Shown piece after piece: positions 46,306 to 59,900 of a stretch of 64,000 bases of DNA (position 1 is the stretch's first letter; each line of letters starts with the position of its first letter). The position numbers and the translations under genes are program-made. Source of the stretch: Raillietiella orientalis (Eukaryota); the NCBI GenBank assembly GCA_036172245.1, contig JAYWIR010000001.1, positions 10,788,001-10,852,000 on the forward strand. The letters run 5' to 3'. A model generated the notes under the pieces. That model did no database searches. It was not told the origin of the DNA and saw only the letters and a list, made by a program, of their open reading frames with translations.

Positions 46306-48249
46306 AGATAATCCTACCACTCGCGGTCAGAACTCGTGGGTCGGTGCAACCTGCAAGGATTGGATGGAAACGGTGTCTTTATCCGGGAATGCGTTCGTTG
46401 CATCTTTCCGTGGCATCTCGAGGTTCTCCTTCCATTCCTTCCCAACGGGAATACTGGGCATGTCAACGGAAGTCCAGGACCGTCGCCAGCACGTGTGTTA
46501 TGCGTACAAGCCCCTGCTTCCTTCCTCTTGTGAGCAGCTGCTGCGTGTTGCCGCCACGAGGAGAGCGCGCGCTCCACGCGCTGGCTTCGAAGATGTCCTT
46601 CCAGAGTCTTCCCACGAGTGACGATCGCCGCTGAATGGTTCCTTCGCTTCCTCGAGACGGGAACGCGCACACACGCGAAGAGGAGTGCTCTGCACTATCC
46701 TCGACGGGAGCGCTGTTCCCCGGTTCGGTAGGAAACGTCTTCCCGGGAGCACCGGGCAGGCCTGCATGGGGTGGACGCTCCAGAACCTCATCGGAGCTAT
46801 CGGAGCGGCTCCTGGAGCTTCCGTGCGCATCTCCCTCACCAGCCTTCGCAGTGCAGCAAATTGGATCGGTTGCTGCTGCTGCGTTTCGCATGGAAATTCC
46901 ACCCATTTCCAGGGATGATTTCTGGTAATGATGCCGCCGTCGGAAATGGCTCTTGATTACGGGAGGCAACGCCTGGGAAGGCGAAAAATGCAGCGTCCGA
47001 CGCAGGCACAGCGATAAAGCAGCCGCGCAGAGATAAAACTTTTTTTTTTCTGTTCTGAGGGAAAAATGAATTTCTCGTTCGATTTTCGCAGCTCTCGATC
47101 CCCAGACTGAATGGAGGATGTTCAGATTTCATTGAATCTGTAAGTCTCATTTATTCCATTGATTCATTTCGGAGGCTGCTTTGGCAGAGTTCGGGATGCA
47201 ATGATCTGTTTGTGCACTTGCGGATAACCAGAGAAAAAAAATCTATTGGGATGTTATTCTCATTATCTCTGTGGGATCTTTGCACCCGGTCGCATGCATG
47301 TGGGCCATGCCGCCTTCAATGATAACGTGAGCTCTTGATAACTCTGGTATCTATCCAAGCGTCTGAAAAGCACAATGGCTGAAATGAGGTTTTCTTTTGT
47401 TCTCCTGTCTGCGCTCCTTGAAGAACCACTTCAGGTGGTGAAAAGACATTGCACGTACCAATCATTTTCCATGCATTATTCAAGCACGAAACTTTCAACC
47501 CCTTTAACCAAACAAAACCCTAATCTTCACATGAAGAATTCACTCTATTTCCTTCTCCACCTAGAGTTCTTCTTATCACTGAATAAAGATGTATTTTTCT
47601 AAGAGCCTCTAATAGAGCATGTTATTGTTTGTTTTGTGTGTGTCTTTTAGAGAAAAGCAAAGACAAATTCAGATATCGAGCTCGAAATTTCGTTGTCGTT
47701 ATTGTTTTTAACAAAAAGCAAACGCTAACTCCGCAATGGTTTGAACAGCACCATCATTTCAAACAGAACCATTCAACAACTTTGGTATTTCGAATGCCTT
47801 CAAATATTCCGCTTTACCTTTAAATAAGAATATTAAATTTTAAATACGTGTTTCAACCGGTGAAAGAGTGAAGGCTTCTGGCAAGCGTGCTTGGGAAGCG
47901 CGTGACATCATCGCCATTGCCGTTTCGCTAGCGTCTGTGTAAAAATTCGAGGGTCCAGAAACCAAATCTGCTTCTGAATCCACCGGGGATGCCCACAGCA
48001 AGGCTCGGTTGCGATCCCCGCGTCTCCACCTTCAAGCGCGGAAGATTTTCGCCAATATTTTCGCTTGTTTCGCCTTTCATTGCGTGTGGAATTCCGAGCG
48101 ACTAATTTTTTTTTCTTTCTTTTGTGCCTCAAATCAATTTCTCTTTTCATTTCAAGGAGCATACGAAACCACGAGGGAGCCAGCAGTAGTGTCCCATCAA
48201 GCAGGGTGAGTCTGTGAAGATGATTCCGATCTCACAATGGTTCGCGCGG

Positions 48250-50000
48250 GTGATCAATCTCGAGGAGCTTTTAAGCAACCCGGCGGAAAGAGTCCTTTGT
48301 GTGTCTGCTTACACTTGGAGCGTCCCGGAGGGCATTCTTTGAGTCTTAACGACGGACTGCTCTCTCGATAATCTTCATTGAGTAGTGCCAGCAATTTGTA
48401 GCTCGGAGGGAACGGAACGTTCAACCTCCATGAGCATCGTTTCGAGCGTTCGTCTCCTAAGAGGGCTGCTTGATCCAGGGACGAGAAAACAGACTTTATG
48501 GGGGCGCCCACGACGGGAAGCGCGAGTGGAACTTCTGGCAACTCTGCTTCCCAACTCTTTTCGCTCTTCGTGGAGCGGCCGTCATGGAAGCGCGAGTGGG
48601 TTGCCTCTATCATTTGCGTGCTGTGATGTGGACCTTTGGTGCTCGTGCGGGTCGATCGCCGACGGTGGTCAAAAGCATGGAGACCGTCCGTTGCGAGTTA
48701 TTCGCTCTGCACCTCTCTGACAACACAGAAAGCAGATCTCGAGGTGTAGCTGCGAGGAACCCTTCCGCCAGCGTTTTCCCTCCCTGTTTTGGGAACATGG
48801 ACGGGACGATGTGTCATCGGAGAGGGAGTTGGGCTCTTCCTATCTTCGAGTGCACCAACCGGTTCTGCCGTTCCTCCGACCAGGTTTGCGAACCGTTTCT
48901 TCGGGAGTTGCCGGGCGCGACGCGGCAGACCCGCTGCTTCCGCGCCTGGGGCTTCGGTCGGCGAAGTTCGCCGCAGCAATTACCGGCTCGCTCACCTCGT
49001 GAAGGACGGGCGATGCCACGGAAAGGGGGGAAGTAAGGGGGGTAACGCAGAGCTGGACCTCCAGCCCGGTCTGTTCCGCCCGACCTCGTCGCATCGGGAT
49101 CGTCCGATCCGAAGAGCTCCGGCTCTTCTCGCTGCCTCGAGGCGGGCGGGTCCTCAAGAGAGTCAACAGGCGAGATTTGCAATCTCTGTAAGAGAGGTCA
49201 AAAGTCGGCGTGGCTCCCTCTGCATCGTTCGGTTCCATTCAGGCTGCGGGAATTTCAAGGCTGAACGGCGACGTTGGAAGGAGCGACTGGTCATGAATCA
49301 CGACGTGTTCGATACACTCCCGTGTCCAAGGCCACCCTAATAGTGCTTGTCCCGAGGCGAGCATCACAAAGGTCAGTTTCTACCAACCACTTCGCGACTC
49401 GGGCCCCTGACGTTCCTCGAGGAAACGCGAGTCCCGGTCCGTCCGGCGGCAGCTCCCACCAGGAGAAGGGGAGAGATAAACTTCGACCTTTCGGGACTGC
49501 TCTGGATCGACCCTAAAAAAACGATCCATCGCCCCACGAGAAAATATACCCAAACAGGTGCCGTTACTTCGAATTTCTGGAACGTTCCGAATAGCCTTCG
49601 GGGCGATGCACGCCGGTCAGAAGGCATTCATTTGATCCGCAGGATATCCAGATGGGAAGGGAAGCCGAAGAGCAGAGTTATTCCTAAAGCATCCAGGATC
49701 CTAAGAGGGGGTCTCGTTCTGGGAGTCATCCCGCAAGCGATGGTCCTCGGAGAACGCCGAAGAGCAGTCCAGTTGTCCCGCAGCCACCGATGGGGGGCAT
49801 GGATTCTCATTACGCGCGTTTCTTTCGCGCGGGGTCCTCCCGGAAGGCTCGTACTCTGCGGATCATTCTCGTCGCCGTGGAGACACGCGGTGATCCATCG
49901 GCTGACCGTCGCTGGGATGCCGCAAAGGAGAGCAGGGGTCGAGCAGGTCGTCGAGGGAGTCTCCTGATACCTTGTCGCTGACGCGGGCGTCTCCCGACGT
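48250..50000 (-). mobile_element. Degenerate APE-type LINE ORF2 of a different family
   Basis: Ordered remnants: YQETP, MRIHAP, SHLD, PSDRR (endonuclease), then VHVPKTGR, HSRFHDGRST, KSVFSSLDQ (RT). Confidence 0.5.
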
Positions 50001-52549
50001 TGGCTCTTGTGCAACCAGCTCTGCGGATCCGGTTCGAACCGGAAGTCACGTGACTTTGTGACGCTTTTCCTCGAGACCTAAGAGGGTGCTGGCCTTGTAT
50101 CCGTTTCTTCGTAGGATGGCGGCTTTCCGCTCTCGACGTTCCCGCCAGGTCGGTCTTGCAGCTAATCGGCTCCGGTTTCCACGCAGCCCCTCTTTATCGG
50201 GAGCAGCGAGCGTTTCCTTTCCGGCACAGTCGCTCTCGACGGGCGAACGCGCGTCGTCCGTAGCCGGAGGGAAGGCTGTGCCTCGACTTTCCCGCTCCGA
50301 GGACTCTCGAAACCCACGCGACGCACTCCCCCTCCCCCCCCCTTCTTCCTGCCTCCGCAGCTTCTGATGCGCCTGGCGCACCAGACGCAGCACTTCCACC
50401 AGCCCGCGAGCAGGAACCTGGAGGAGCGACGTGCCTGGAACGCATGCCGCCCGTGGCGATTTCACGTGGAGAACGCGCGCCTCCAGGTGCCATAAATGGC
50501 GGAATGCATACTCAGATAAGCCTCTTCTGCCGAAGACGCGCAGCTCGAGCGATCCATTAAGAGGAGAGGCGCTTCCGGGGAAACACGAGCCAGCCTGCAT
50601 TCTGAGTGCTCCTCCGCGTTTCCCGGGACCGCTCTTCGCTGCCTCTCGTCACGGTCTTCGCCGGCGACGGCTGGATGGTAGATGCTCGGACGAAGTGGCT
50701 GGGGGCAAAAAGCAGGGCTTGAAAGCAGAGACCTGGGGGCATATGACCCCGACTGGAAGCTCGAGCAACTCTCCTGGCAACTCCCCTTTTCAACTCTTTC
50801 TCTTCTCGATTGTGCAGCAGGAGAGCGCGGATTTTTTAGCTGATGTCTTTCGAGACACGACATCCCGGGGCAATTGCAGCTTCCCCTCATCCTCTTTGAG
50901 AGTTTGGGTCCCTTAGCGCGATGCGAGCTGCGGGTGTTGACGGTCTATCAGCTGGGCGAGGAGCAGGGCAGTTCGCTTTGAAGGTCGGCACGCACCGCCG
51001 ACGGCTTCGGACTACCTCGACCGTCGCTCTTTTGACTGTGCGGCTGCAGCTGCGATGGGTCGAGGCGAGGCGAGAAGTCTCCCCTCCCTCCTCCCCGGCA
51101 AATCTTCCGAATGGGAGAGCTGGACTCATCCCCACGCCTTCCCCAAAAATCTGAGGTGACGCGCGTTTCGGTCGCTCCCGTGTGAAATCGAGGAAGCGGC
51201 CGAGCGGAGACCCTGAGAGGGAAACTCGCGTAGGGCTGGAAGAAGTGAGGCGAGTACGGCAGCAACGGAAGAGTAACCTCTTCCGTTGCTGACGCACTCG
51301 CTCCGCGTCATCCGACGGAGGCGACGACGTGACAGCCTGCGGGCGTGTCTTTCCCCCGCCTCTCCAGGGAATGCGTGACCGAAGCAGATTCGCCACCACG
51401 CTGGGTCGGAGCAGCCAGAGCAGCGGCCTCTGCGACGAAATTTTCCTCTGGAGGCAACGAGCGCGCAGCTGGGGGAGGAGACGAAGGGAAACGAACTCCG
51501 CTGCTCGGCAACGGGATGCCTTCTGCTCCGGGAGCCCGGGACGCCGCGAATCTCCCTCCTCGCGCGGGCGAAGGTGTGTTCCAAGGTCGAGACTTGCTCG
51601 GGTCCGCAGAGGGTCGAACAAATCTCACTGCACCTCTGCAGAGAGGGAGGTAGGAGGAGAAAGGAGAGAAGAGGAACTGTCGTTGGTGATTGAGCAGTGA
51701 GCATCGACGACCGCCGGTTACACGCGTTTTCTCCTCCCAGGGTTGCCGGAAGGACCAGCAGACTCTCCTAAGTTCGGATCACGGGAACGTCTGAGGTGGG
51801 CAAGTTTCCATGACAACCTCCCTTCCCTTTCCCCTTCTCCGTGGGGCGAAGATGGGGAAGAAAAGCGGAAAAATATCGAACTAGACTCGTGCTGGTCCTG
51901 TTCGAATGAAGCTGTGTCCGGAGCAGCTGGTTTATCGGCACATCCCTCGCGCGTTGCTTGAGCTCCCAGAGGCGCGAGGAAGGACCTGCCCTAAAGGAAC
52001 TGGGACACCGCTCACCCCCTGGGACGATCCTCAGGGACGAGCAGGAGTCGCAAACCATCTCCTTATCCCTCCTCCTTCTTCTCCTGTTTCAGGGGAAAGT
52101 GCGGAAGAAAACGGTCGGACGCGTCGGGCTGAGCACGAAGGTGGCGCAGTCCAGAGGCTGCAGAAGAGCTGCGGGGCTTCTTGCTCCAATGGATGGCGTT
52201 ACCGCCTGAGGACGGCAGAACCGACCTCTGGACCGTTTTTCATTGCAGGCTTTTGCTGCGTCTTACTCCAACAAGGTATCGCTGCCCTGTCGTCATGGGA
52301 ACCGGAGAGCGTCGGCTTCGGAGACGGCTCCGCGTCTTACTTCAGGGTAGAGGAGGAGCAAGGGAGCTGGGGGTAGGCGCTTTCTGGAGCGCAGACCCTT
52401 TCGACCCTCAGAGTGTGGCAGCCGGATGCAGTCGCGGCCGAGGTCGGCTGTCGGTCGGCCGCGGACTCTTGGCGGCTCGCTGCGGGGGAGAGGGAGCCTT
52501 CTGCGGTGGCCGGCTACGCCGCCCGAGGAGGGAAGGCAGGAGGAGGATG

Positions 52550-52790
52550 AGGCCGAGAAGTTCCTTTCCAGAAGGAAGAATGAGAGCATCAGGAGCAACC
52601 GCCGGTTGTCTACTTGCGTGAAAGTCCACCCCGAAGTCTACCCTGTGGCGTTTCCGGGGCCACCTCCAAGATGGAGCGACCTGCTCCTGATCTGCTCGCA
52701 ACGGGCCAAGGAAGTGAGGAAGCGGGGGGTGGGGAGACTCGTGACAGGATCACCCCAGGGGGTGATCCTGTCGCGAATTACCAGGGAAGG
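52550..52790 (+). mobile_element. LINE RT fragment
   Basis: KFLSRRK...R.N..LS followed by VTGSPQGVILS (GVPQGSxLSP motif). Confidence 0.4.
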
Positions 52791-55700
52791 CGGCGCCCCT
52801 GACAACAGAAGGTCAGCACTACTGCGGGCGCGTCTCCGGCTGTTCCGGCTCTTTCGGCCCGCTGGCGGATCGCTGCGAACCTGTCTCTCGCTCCCCGCTG
52901 CAATGGGCTTGATTTCTGGACGAACTGCAGGAGGCGGCGCGGTTGGCGTGTCCGGAAGTGTGCGGGGACAATGCGTAGGGGAGGAGGTGTGTGAGAGCGG
53001 AGGCGGCAGTGTGTGAGTGGTGTGCAGGGGCGCTCGAATGCTTGTGAGATTGCGTAAGTGTTCCGTGAGCGTCTGGCGTTCACATGGAAGATCATGTTAT
53101 CCATAAGGTCGGTTCGGCAGCAGCGTTTAGGAGCGTATGAGGGCGCATGTGGAGGTGGGTGGGGTGCTGGAATTCGTGTGCGGGAAATGGATGGGTCCAT
53201 ACTCTTCTGCTGAGGTCCAGGCCTTTGTTTGCCTTGGAAGAGGAGGGGGAAGGGTGAAAGGGGGTTGAGATGCGAAGTTTTCAACTAGCAATAATCGCGC
53301 CTCCCTTAAGTTCAGCGGCAGCAATATTGCCCGTGAGCAAGGTTGAGATGCGAAGTCAGCCATCAGATCACCCACCACCCCTGCGGAAATTCTAACGAAG
53401 ACCCCTTTGGTTGCAGGATGGCTCCTCGCCCTGCGACATTTTGGAGGTGTTTCTTACCCTGGAAGAAGAAGCAAAGGTGCCTAAGGATCAGGCAACCCAG
53501 GTCGTTTCCGGAGACGCCAGCGGCGACGCTCACCTAGAGATGCTGCCCTTCATAGACCGCTGGACGGAGGGGAGAGGCGTGGAAGGTCACCAAGGCACCT
53601 ACTCTCCCACTTCCAGCGCCGGAACGGTGCCGCCTCGGTTCCAGAGTCACGAGGGATTCCAATCCGCGCCTTCCCTCCAGGCAATGCCATGCTCCTCTTG
53701 TAGCCAGAGCCCAGGAGAGCCACCGGATCTCTCCACTAGGTAAGGTCCTTGGGGTTCGTTCGATCGCGTAGTCGTCGTCAGCAAAGACGCTCGCACCAGA
53801 AATCCCGCGGATCCGCCGAAGCCGTCTCCTGCCGCAGTCCCGAGGTTCCCCTAGGGCTATCGGGGAAGGGAGAGGAGGAGAAGAAGGGGGCGCAAACTGC
53901 CGCGCATTTTCCTCCTCTTCCTCCTCCTCTCTTCCCTTTTCCTTCTCCTTCCCTTTCTCCTCTTCTTTTTCCCGTCTTCCCTCTTTTCCCTTATTTTCTC
54001 CTCTCTCCTTCCTCCTCCTCCTCGTCGTCCAGGGCTGAATGTTCCGCGGCTTCTTTTAAGGAACGCTGAGAGATAGAGCTGCTGGGATATCGGGAGTTCT
54101 CCCGAAGCTTCCCTACCCCCGTTGACGACGCGCGCAGCGGCCACTGCCGGAGACTCGGTCCACTTCCCTCCTCACCAGCTGGAGACACGAAGAGAAGCGC
54201 CAAGCAGCTGAGATTTTTTTTCACTTTTCCGGTTTTCCCTTTTAGTTCGCCTCCAGATCGCACGGAGCGCGGCAGCAGTCGCTTTGCGGTCCAGAGGTTC
54301 CACTTTCTCACTCGCCCCATCAGTCCACCCTCCGCACCCATTTCCACGCTCCCCGCAGTTCTCCCCGAGGCATCGCTCTCGCCGCTCCCCGTGCGCGCGG
54401 GACAGGTGGGATCGACCCAGGCTCTCCCAGCGTAGCCGCGGGCGCTGACGGGTGGAATCCTGCGAAGGTAGAGAGGTGGCTTCCTAAGTGGGCGCCACCC
54501 CTTCCCCCGTCTCTCACCTGCTTACTGGGTCACGACCCGCACCTGAAACGCACCCGCGGCGGGGTCGACTTGCCAGCGGCTGCTGTAGCCTTTCTGGCTG
54601 TCTCTCCTTCCTGGGAAACCGGTGAACGACCCCTTCTCCCGTATGAAAAACTGGCGGGTACAGGAGACGGATGCTGCTTGGCAGCCTTGGCTGGCTGCAC
54701 ATGGGCTGCGCATTGGACGCGGTCCCTGAGCACGGAGGCAGGAATCGCTCGAGGGACGTTTGGCATCAGGCGATGCTGCCACACGACCTCGCGAAGACTT
54801 CCGTCTGGTAGCTCCATCCGGGCAGCGGTGGCATCGATGGCGGTCGCAGAAGACGCGACAGCAGCAGCAGAAGAGCGCGAGAAGTCGCGGCGGTAGCAGT
54901 CTGAAGGGGAGGAGGCGGACGTCCGACTTCTGCCGGAGGCGGAGCGGCTTTCGGAGGGGAAGGCGCCCATGCCGGTCAGACTTCCCCTCTACAGGGAGGG
55001 AAGGGAAGGGATGCCGAGGGCGGAAGAAGCAGAAGCATTCCGAAAAGGGGGACCGCAGGGGGGCCCCGTCTAGGAACCGTTCGGAAGGGAAAGAAGCGGC
55101 TTCTGCGCGCGCGCTTCGGCGACCCAGCGGGAGGTCAAATCGCCCCCCGGGAGACCTCCGCTCCGGCGACCTCTCCCTTCATCCTTGCGTGACCCCGCTG
55201 CGCCACCTTCGACTTCCCTTCTCCTCTCCCGACCTCCTTTTTTTTTTTTTTTCACCTCCTCGGACGCCGTGAAACTTCAGGGACGCCCCGCGAGGCGGCA
55301 GGACGGGCGAGCGCCTTTCGCGTCGCGTCGTCTTCGCGTTCGCGCCCCCGTTTGTTCTGGCAGCCTTTTGGTCGCGGACCGGCGTCCCTTGAGGCGCTCC
55401 TTCCCCTGCATCTCGTCCCTCCGATGGATGCAGTTGGCAGGAAACCGGCGGTCGTCTTTTCGGGCTGCTTCCTCAGACGGGAAAGTTCGGCCACGGCCCG
55501 CGCCGCAGAGGCCGGTCGGACATGCCTTGAGGTGCGTCCGACCTGCAAACAAGAGGAGCCATTCCTGCTCTACCGGGAAGGTGCTTCCCTGGTCTTCACT
55601 GTCTCTTCCCTTCCCTCCCTCCACCGATTCCAGGAGAAGGAAGCTGAGGAGAGTGGCCGCAGTCCTCATACCATCCGGCGTCCTTGGAAGGTGGTTCTGG

Positions 55701-56149
55701 GGCACCGTCTCCCTGCTCATCCTCGCGCTCCTCCTGGTGGTGGTGTCCCTAGCCTCAGGTAGGTGCGGGTCGGGGACGGGAGGGACAACGATCGCGGGAG
55801 AGGACGGGAGGGCAGACCAGTCCTTTTCCGCGAGCGCAGCGGACTGGCTAACCGTTATGACGGCCAGAGCTTTCCCAGCTTCTCTTCCGTGTCACATATT
55901 CCCACAGGAAGTGCGAAGATGAGAGCGGGTTATTGGGGTGGGACAGGGTGGAAAAGGTCTCAGGGATCACGCTCCCTTCCCCGCCTTTGATGCCGTCTCG
56001 TGGGTCTCAGAAATGGTCAGGTCACTTTAGACCCCCCATCCGAGGCGCGGTCGAACCAGGGTCCTTCGGAACTCCCCTGCCACTTCTCCTTCCCTGACTG
56101 GCAGGAGACCCGCCGTTCGAGATGGCGCTGGCAAAAGGAGGACGGATGG

Positions 56150-56300
56150 AAGAGTCTCCCGCGGCATTTCTGGGGTGCGCTTTGCTGACCCTTCGCCCTG
56201 CCGCCACGTGCAGGAGTCGCCGGATGTCAGGAAGGTGAGGGAGGATGGTGGTCGGGGACTGCACGCCGTCAGATCAAGCAGTGCAGGAGGGGATTGACCT
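56150..56300 (+). mobile_element. L1-like post-RT fragment inside an intron of the nudel-like gene
   Basis: RHFWG and KVREDGGRGL resemble the FxWxG and xxGGLGL motifs of copy B. Confidence 0.3.
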
Positions 56301-56834
56301 CCCAATCCGGGGCGAAGGATTCACAGAATGCGTGGCACCTTTTGGTTCCCCCCAAGCTTCCAGGAAGGTCACCCTTCCCGAAGGGCGTGGGAGGATACTT
56401 CAGACACACACTTCCCTGGGAAAGTGACGCTCTTTTCTCCTTTCCCATCAAGTCGGGAATGCCCGAGGGGATGCAGAATCATCGCTGGTCGATTCCCGAG
56501 CTCTTCTCCAGCACTGTGGGTCTTCCTCTGTCCTGCCGTAACATTCGAGGGTCCCAACCGGTGGCGGTGCGCCCCATGGGTCTTGTCCGCTGTCATCCTT
56601 CGGAGAACGCCGTATGGATGGGGGATGAAGGAGCCCCTTCTTCCTTAAGGAGGCCCATCTGCAGGCGCCGAAGGGATCCGATCCTTCAGTAGGAAGTGCG
56701 AGCAGCTGGTGATCGTCTCCACCGATGGTTCCCTGGAACTCGAGGGGCTGGTCGAGCCGGCTAGAGCGTTCCGCAGTTTCGTGACCGAGGTCACGAGGAG
56801 GTCATCAATCTCCGATCCCATAACAAGGGCAAAC

Positions 56835-56945
56835 AAGGAGAAGAGAAAGAGGAGGAGAAAGGAGGAAGAAAAGGGGAGGGAAGAGGAAGAGATAGAAAGG
56901 AAGAGGAGGAAGAAGAAGAAGGAGGAGGGAGGGAGGGAAGAGAAA
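56835..56945. repeat. Polypurine (GA-rich) low-complexity tract; similar tracts at ~53905-54025 (CT), ~61975-62110 and ~62620-62765
   Basis: Runs of gaa/gag/agg with almost no pyrimidines. Confidence 0.8.
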
Positions 56946-59900
56946 GGCACCTCATGAGTCTCCATGAAGCGTCTCCTCTGCTTCCAGCCCTTGTCGAATT
57001 GCCCGTTTCTTTCCCGCTCTTTCCGTCTGCAAGGCACGAGTCGAATAGGCTGCCTCTCCTTTCTGGACTCCCTCCTTCCCACGTGCTCGCTCGCCGTCCT
57101 CACTCACCAACCTCTTAGGTGAGCGGTGGGTTGTCCTCACGCTTTCTTCCGTTCTCCTCTCCGTGGGGCATTGGAGATCCTTCCGGTCTCCCTGCCTTCT
57201 TGCGATACTGCTGCGCCTTCCCTGAGCCTCTTTCCACCTCTTCCCGACTCTCCCACGAGCGTATCCCGTGACGACTCACAAAGAGCTCGCAAAGAAAGCC
57301 ACGAAGGGTCTTTTACCCGGGGGATGCCGGGAAGAGGAGGAGGGCGATAACGAGACTTCGGATGGGCGTGCGGTCGACCTGGATGCTTCCAGTTGGCGTG
57401 ATTCGCACCGGCGATCGGGAGATCTCCAGGACGACTTTGGCTGCTGCGGAAGGGCTAGACCTGAACGCCATGCTGCAAGAGGAGTCCCTCCTGTTCTGCA
57501 ATCAGGAAGACGGGGACTGCCACCTGGGAAACGAGAGCGGCTCCTTCGGTAAGGATGAGGAATTCCCAGACCCATCTTCCTCCGGACAGGGTGGTTATCC
57601 ACCCTTCCTATCCCATCCCTTTCCTCCAACCCTTGGGGTCATCGCATGAGGGAGTGGAGATGGAAGCTCTCTCCCGCTTTCTCTCGTTACCTTCTTCACC
57701 CTTCCTCCTCTGCCTGGAAGGTCCTGCAGTGGAAGGGACTTTCGAGGCGATCGTCCTGCGCTCCAGAGGACAATTTGACCGTGTGCTCTCCGGACACGAC
57801 GGCAAAGAGGACCTGACCTTCCGATTGGAGAGTGCCGTAAGCAATCTGGGCCCTCTGCGCCGAGCCACCACCACGCTCCGCTCCTCTGGCGCGTGGCTTC
57901 AGTGCTTCCCTCCCCTCTCTTCCCTTCTCTTCCCAGTTGCGCCGTTTCTTCTCAAGAGAAGCGGCGGTGAACTCAGACACCTCCGTCCGCGTCCTTGACC
58001 TCAGGTCGACTTCAGGAAGAGGGTCCACCACGGCTGCACCCAGCAGCAGGGCGGACCCGGATCGGATCGCCGTGAGGTTCCGGGCGATGTTTCGCGGAGG
58101 CAGCACTGGAGCTGGCGCCCGTAGCCCTTCTGTCGCCGATGGCCTTCGAAGGCTGCTCCTGGACAACCTATGCGGAGACTCCGATGACCACAGTCACTAC
58201 CAGGACCACGTTGGGGACGTCGTCCTGATGCAGCCGGACACTCTGGAGATGCACGGTACGGAGGGAAACCCACCGCATGGATGCCCCCCAGAGCTCCTGT
58301 GTGTAGATCTCCGGGACTCTTGCGCCACTGGCGTTGTGAAATGCGCCCACTACTGCGCCTTCTCCATGAGGACGCTCAGGTTCTTCTGCTTCTGCCGACC
58401 TTCGTTTCAGCTGGACCGGGACGGAAGGACCTGCGTCGCTGCAGGTATCCGAGGGACTTGGCATCCCAGACGTCATGAGCGCGAGTGCTGGAGGGACTTA
58501 TAGGAAGACAGGGATTGGACTGAGTTGGTTGTATGACAGCCGACTCAGAGGCTGCGCATGGAAGAAGAGATCTCGGACTCTGATCGCGGTGGTCTACGGT
58601 TTGTTGATGCTTTTCTGAAGGAAGGAACGCTCTCGTGCGCCATGGACTCTGTTGAGGTGGAGGCAGGAGACGCCCCATATTGCCGCGGTGCCTTTATCAG
58701 CTCGTATCCACGAGGGGTTGGAGTATCCAGAAGGAATTCTGTCCGTCTTTTTGGATACCGTCCGTTCCTTCGTTCCTCTGGTTCCTTGAGGTTCTTGAGC
58801 GCATTTAGCCTCATCCTTGTCCCTCTTTGCATCCGTCCGCGCGCCGCCCTTCCTATCCATTCATTTTCGGGCCTTCTTGCTCGTCGGCTCGCTCCTCCTT
58901 CTCTTCTTCACCAGAAGGAAGATGCACTCTGACGGGCGGTGCTAGAGGCGGCCGTTGTCATGGTGACCACAGCCAGTACTGATGAGGTCCTCTTTCTTTG
59001 CAGATGCTTCGTCGGCCGAGGAGGCGCGAAGCACATCCGCCGCGGCCGCTGAGATGCGCAGCAGCGCTGCCGCCAGAGGCTGGAGCGACATGCGGCGGCA
59101 TCTTGAGGACTGGACCACGGTCTCCGGCGCAGCCGCCACCATACGCTCACGACTCAACGCCACGTCCGCGCTCCTGCGGAAAGCTGATTCTCCATCAGAA
59201 GCCGCCTCTTCCAGGCAGCAGGACGGGAGAGATGCGTGTGAGAAACAGGGACCTCTCAAGAAGGGAACGCGTGCATTTCAGGAGCCGCGTGCGGAACGAC
59301 TCGCCCTGGTTGCCGACACAGGAGGATGAAGAGGAGGAGAGGAGGATCACCGCACAGGATGGCAGAGTTGGCAGCGGTGCCTTCCACTCGTTCCAGTGCA
59401 GGCGAGGCGCCACACCCGGCACCGGTGATGATGGTACGCGCGTGTGCGTCGTGACGAGGAGGATGCGTGGTCCCACTCCCCCTTGCCGGGACGCGGGAGT
59501 ACGCGCCTGCCCTGTGGAGCGCGTCTCCGGCTAGGGAGGAGCAGCCTCAGGATCACGAGCCCAGCTTTCCCTCGTCTTCAGTGCACCTCGTGGGTGGACC
59601 GCCCTCCTCTCTCTCTTGGCAGTCGTCGCAGACGCCGGTCGCGGGAAGGCGGATAGGGTCGGCCGGCTTCATCCTGGGATGCCACGAGCCTCCTCTCCCT
59701 TGGACTTATCCATCCGAAGAGGCGGTCTCTTCAGCTTCCTCGGTCCACGATCACCTTTTTAGCATCCCCCAAGACGAATTCCCTGTGCTTCCTTTCTTCC
59801 GCTCCCGACAAGAGGAAACTTGACCTCGCTGCGCCCCGCCGAGCTTTGGCGGCGCAGCCGTCGGCGGTCGGACTAACTTTGCGGGGACCCGCCTGCTGCT

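Larger units (their letters stand above)
42236..58444 (+). pseudogene. Type II membrane mosaic protein (TM, degenerate LDLa, SEA-like, EGF-like), nudel-like N-terminal half; probably decaying
   Basis: Phase-compatible GT/AG exons: 42236-42305 (MGCVPCC...), 42457-42547, 55634-55758 (RRKLRR...WFWGTVSLLILALLLVVVSLAS TM), 57284-57548 (LDLa-like, needs a 1-nt frameshift), 57721-57836 and 57937-58255 (SEA-like), 58307-58444 (EGF CATGVVKCAHYC...FCFCRPSFQLDRDGRTC). Linking the 42-kb exons to the rest is inferred from phase only. No trypsin domain was seen. Confidence 0.55.
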
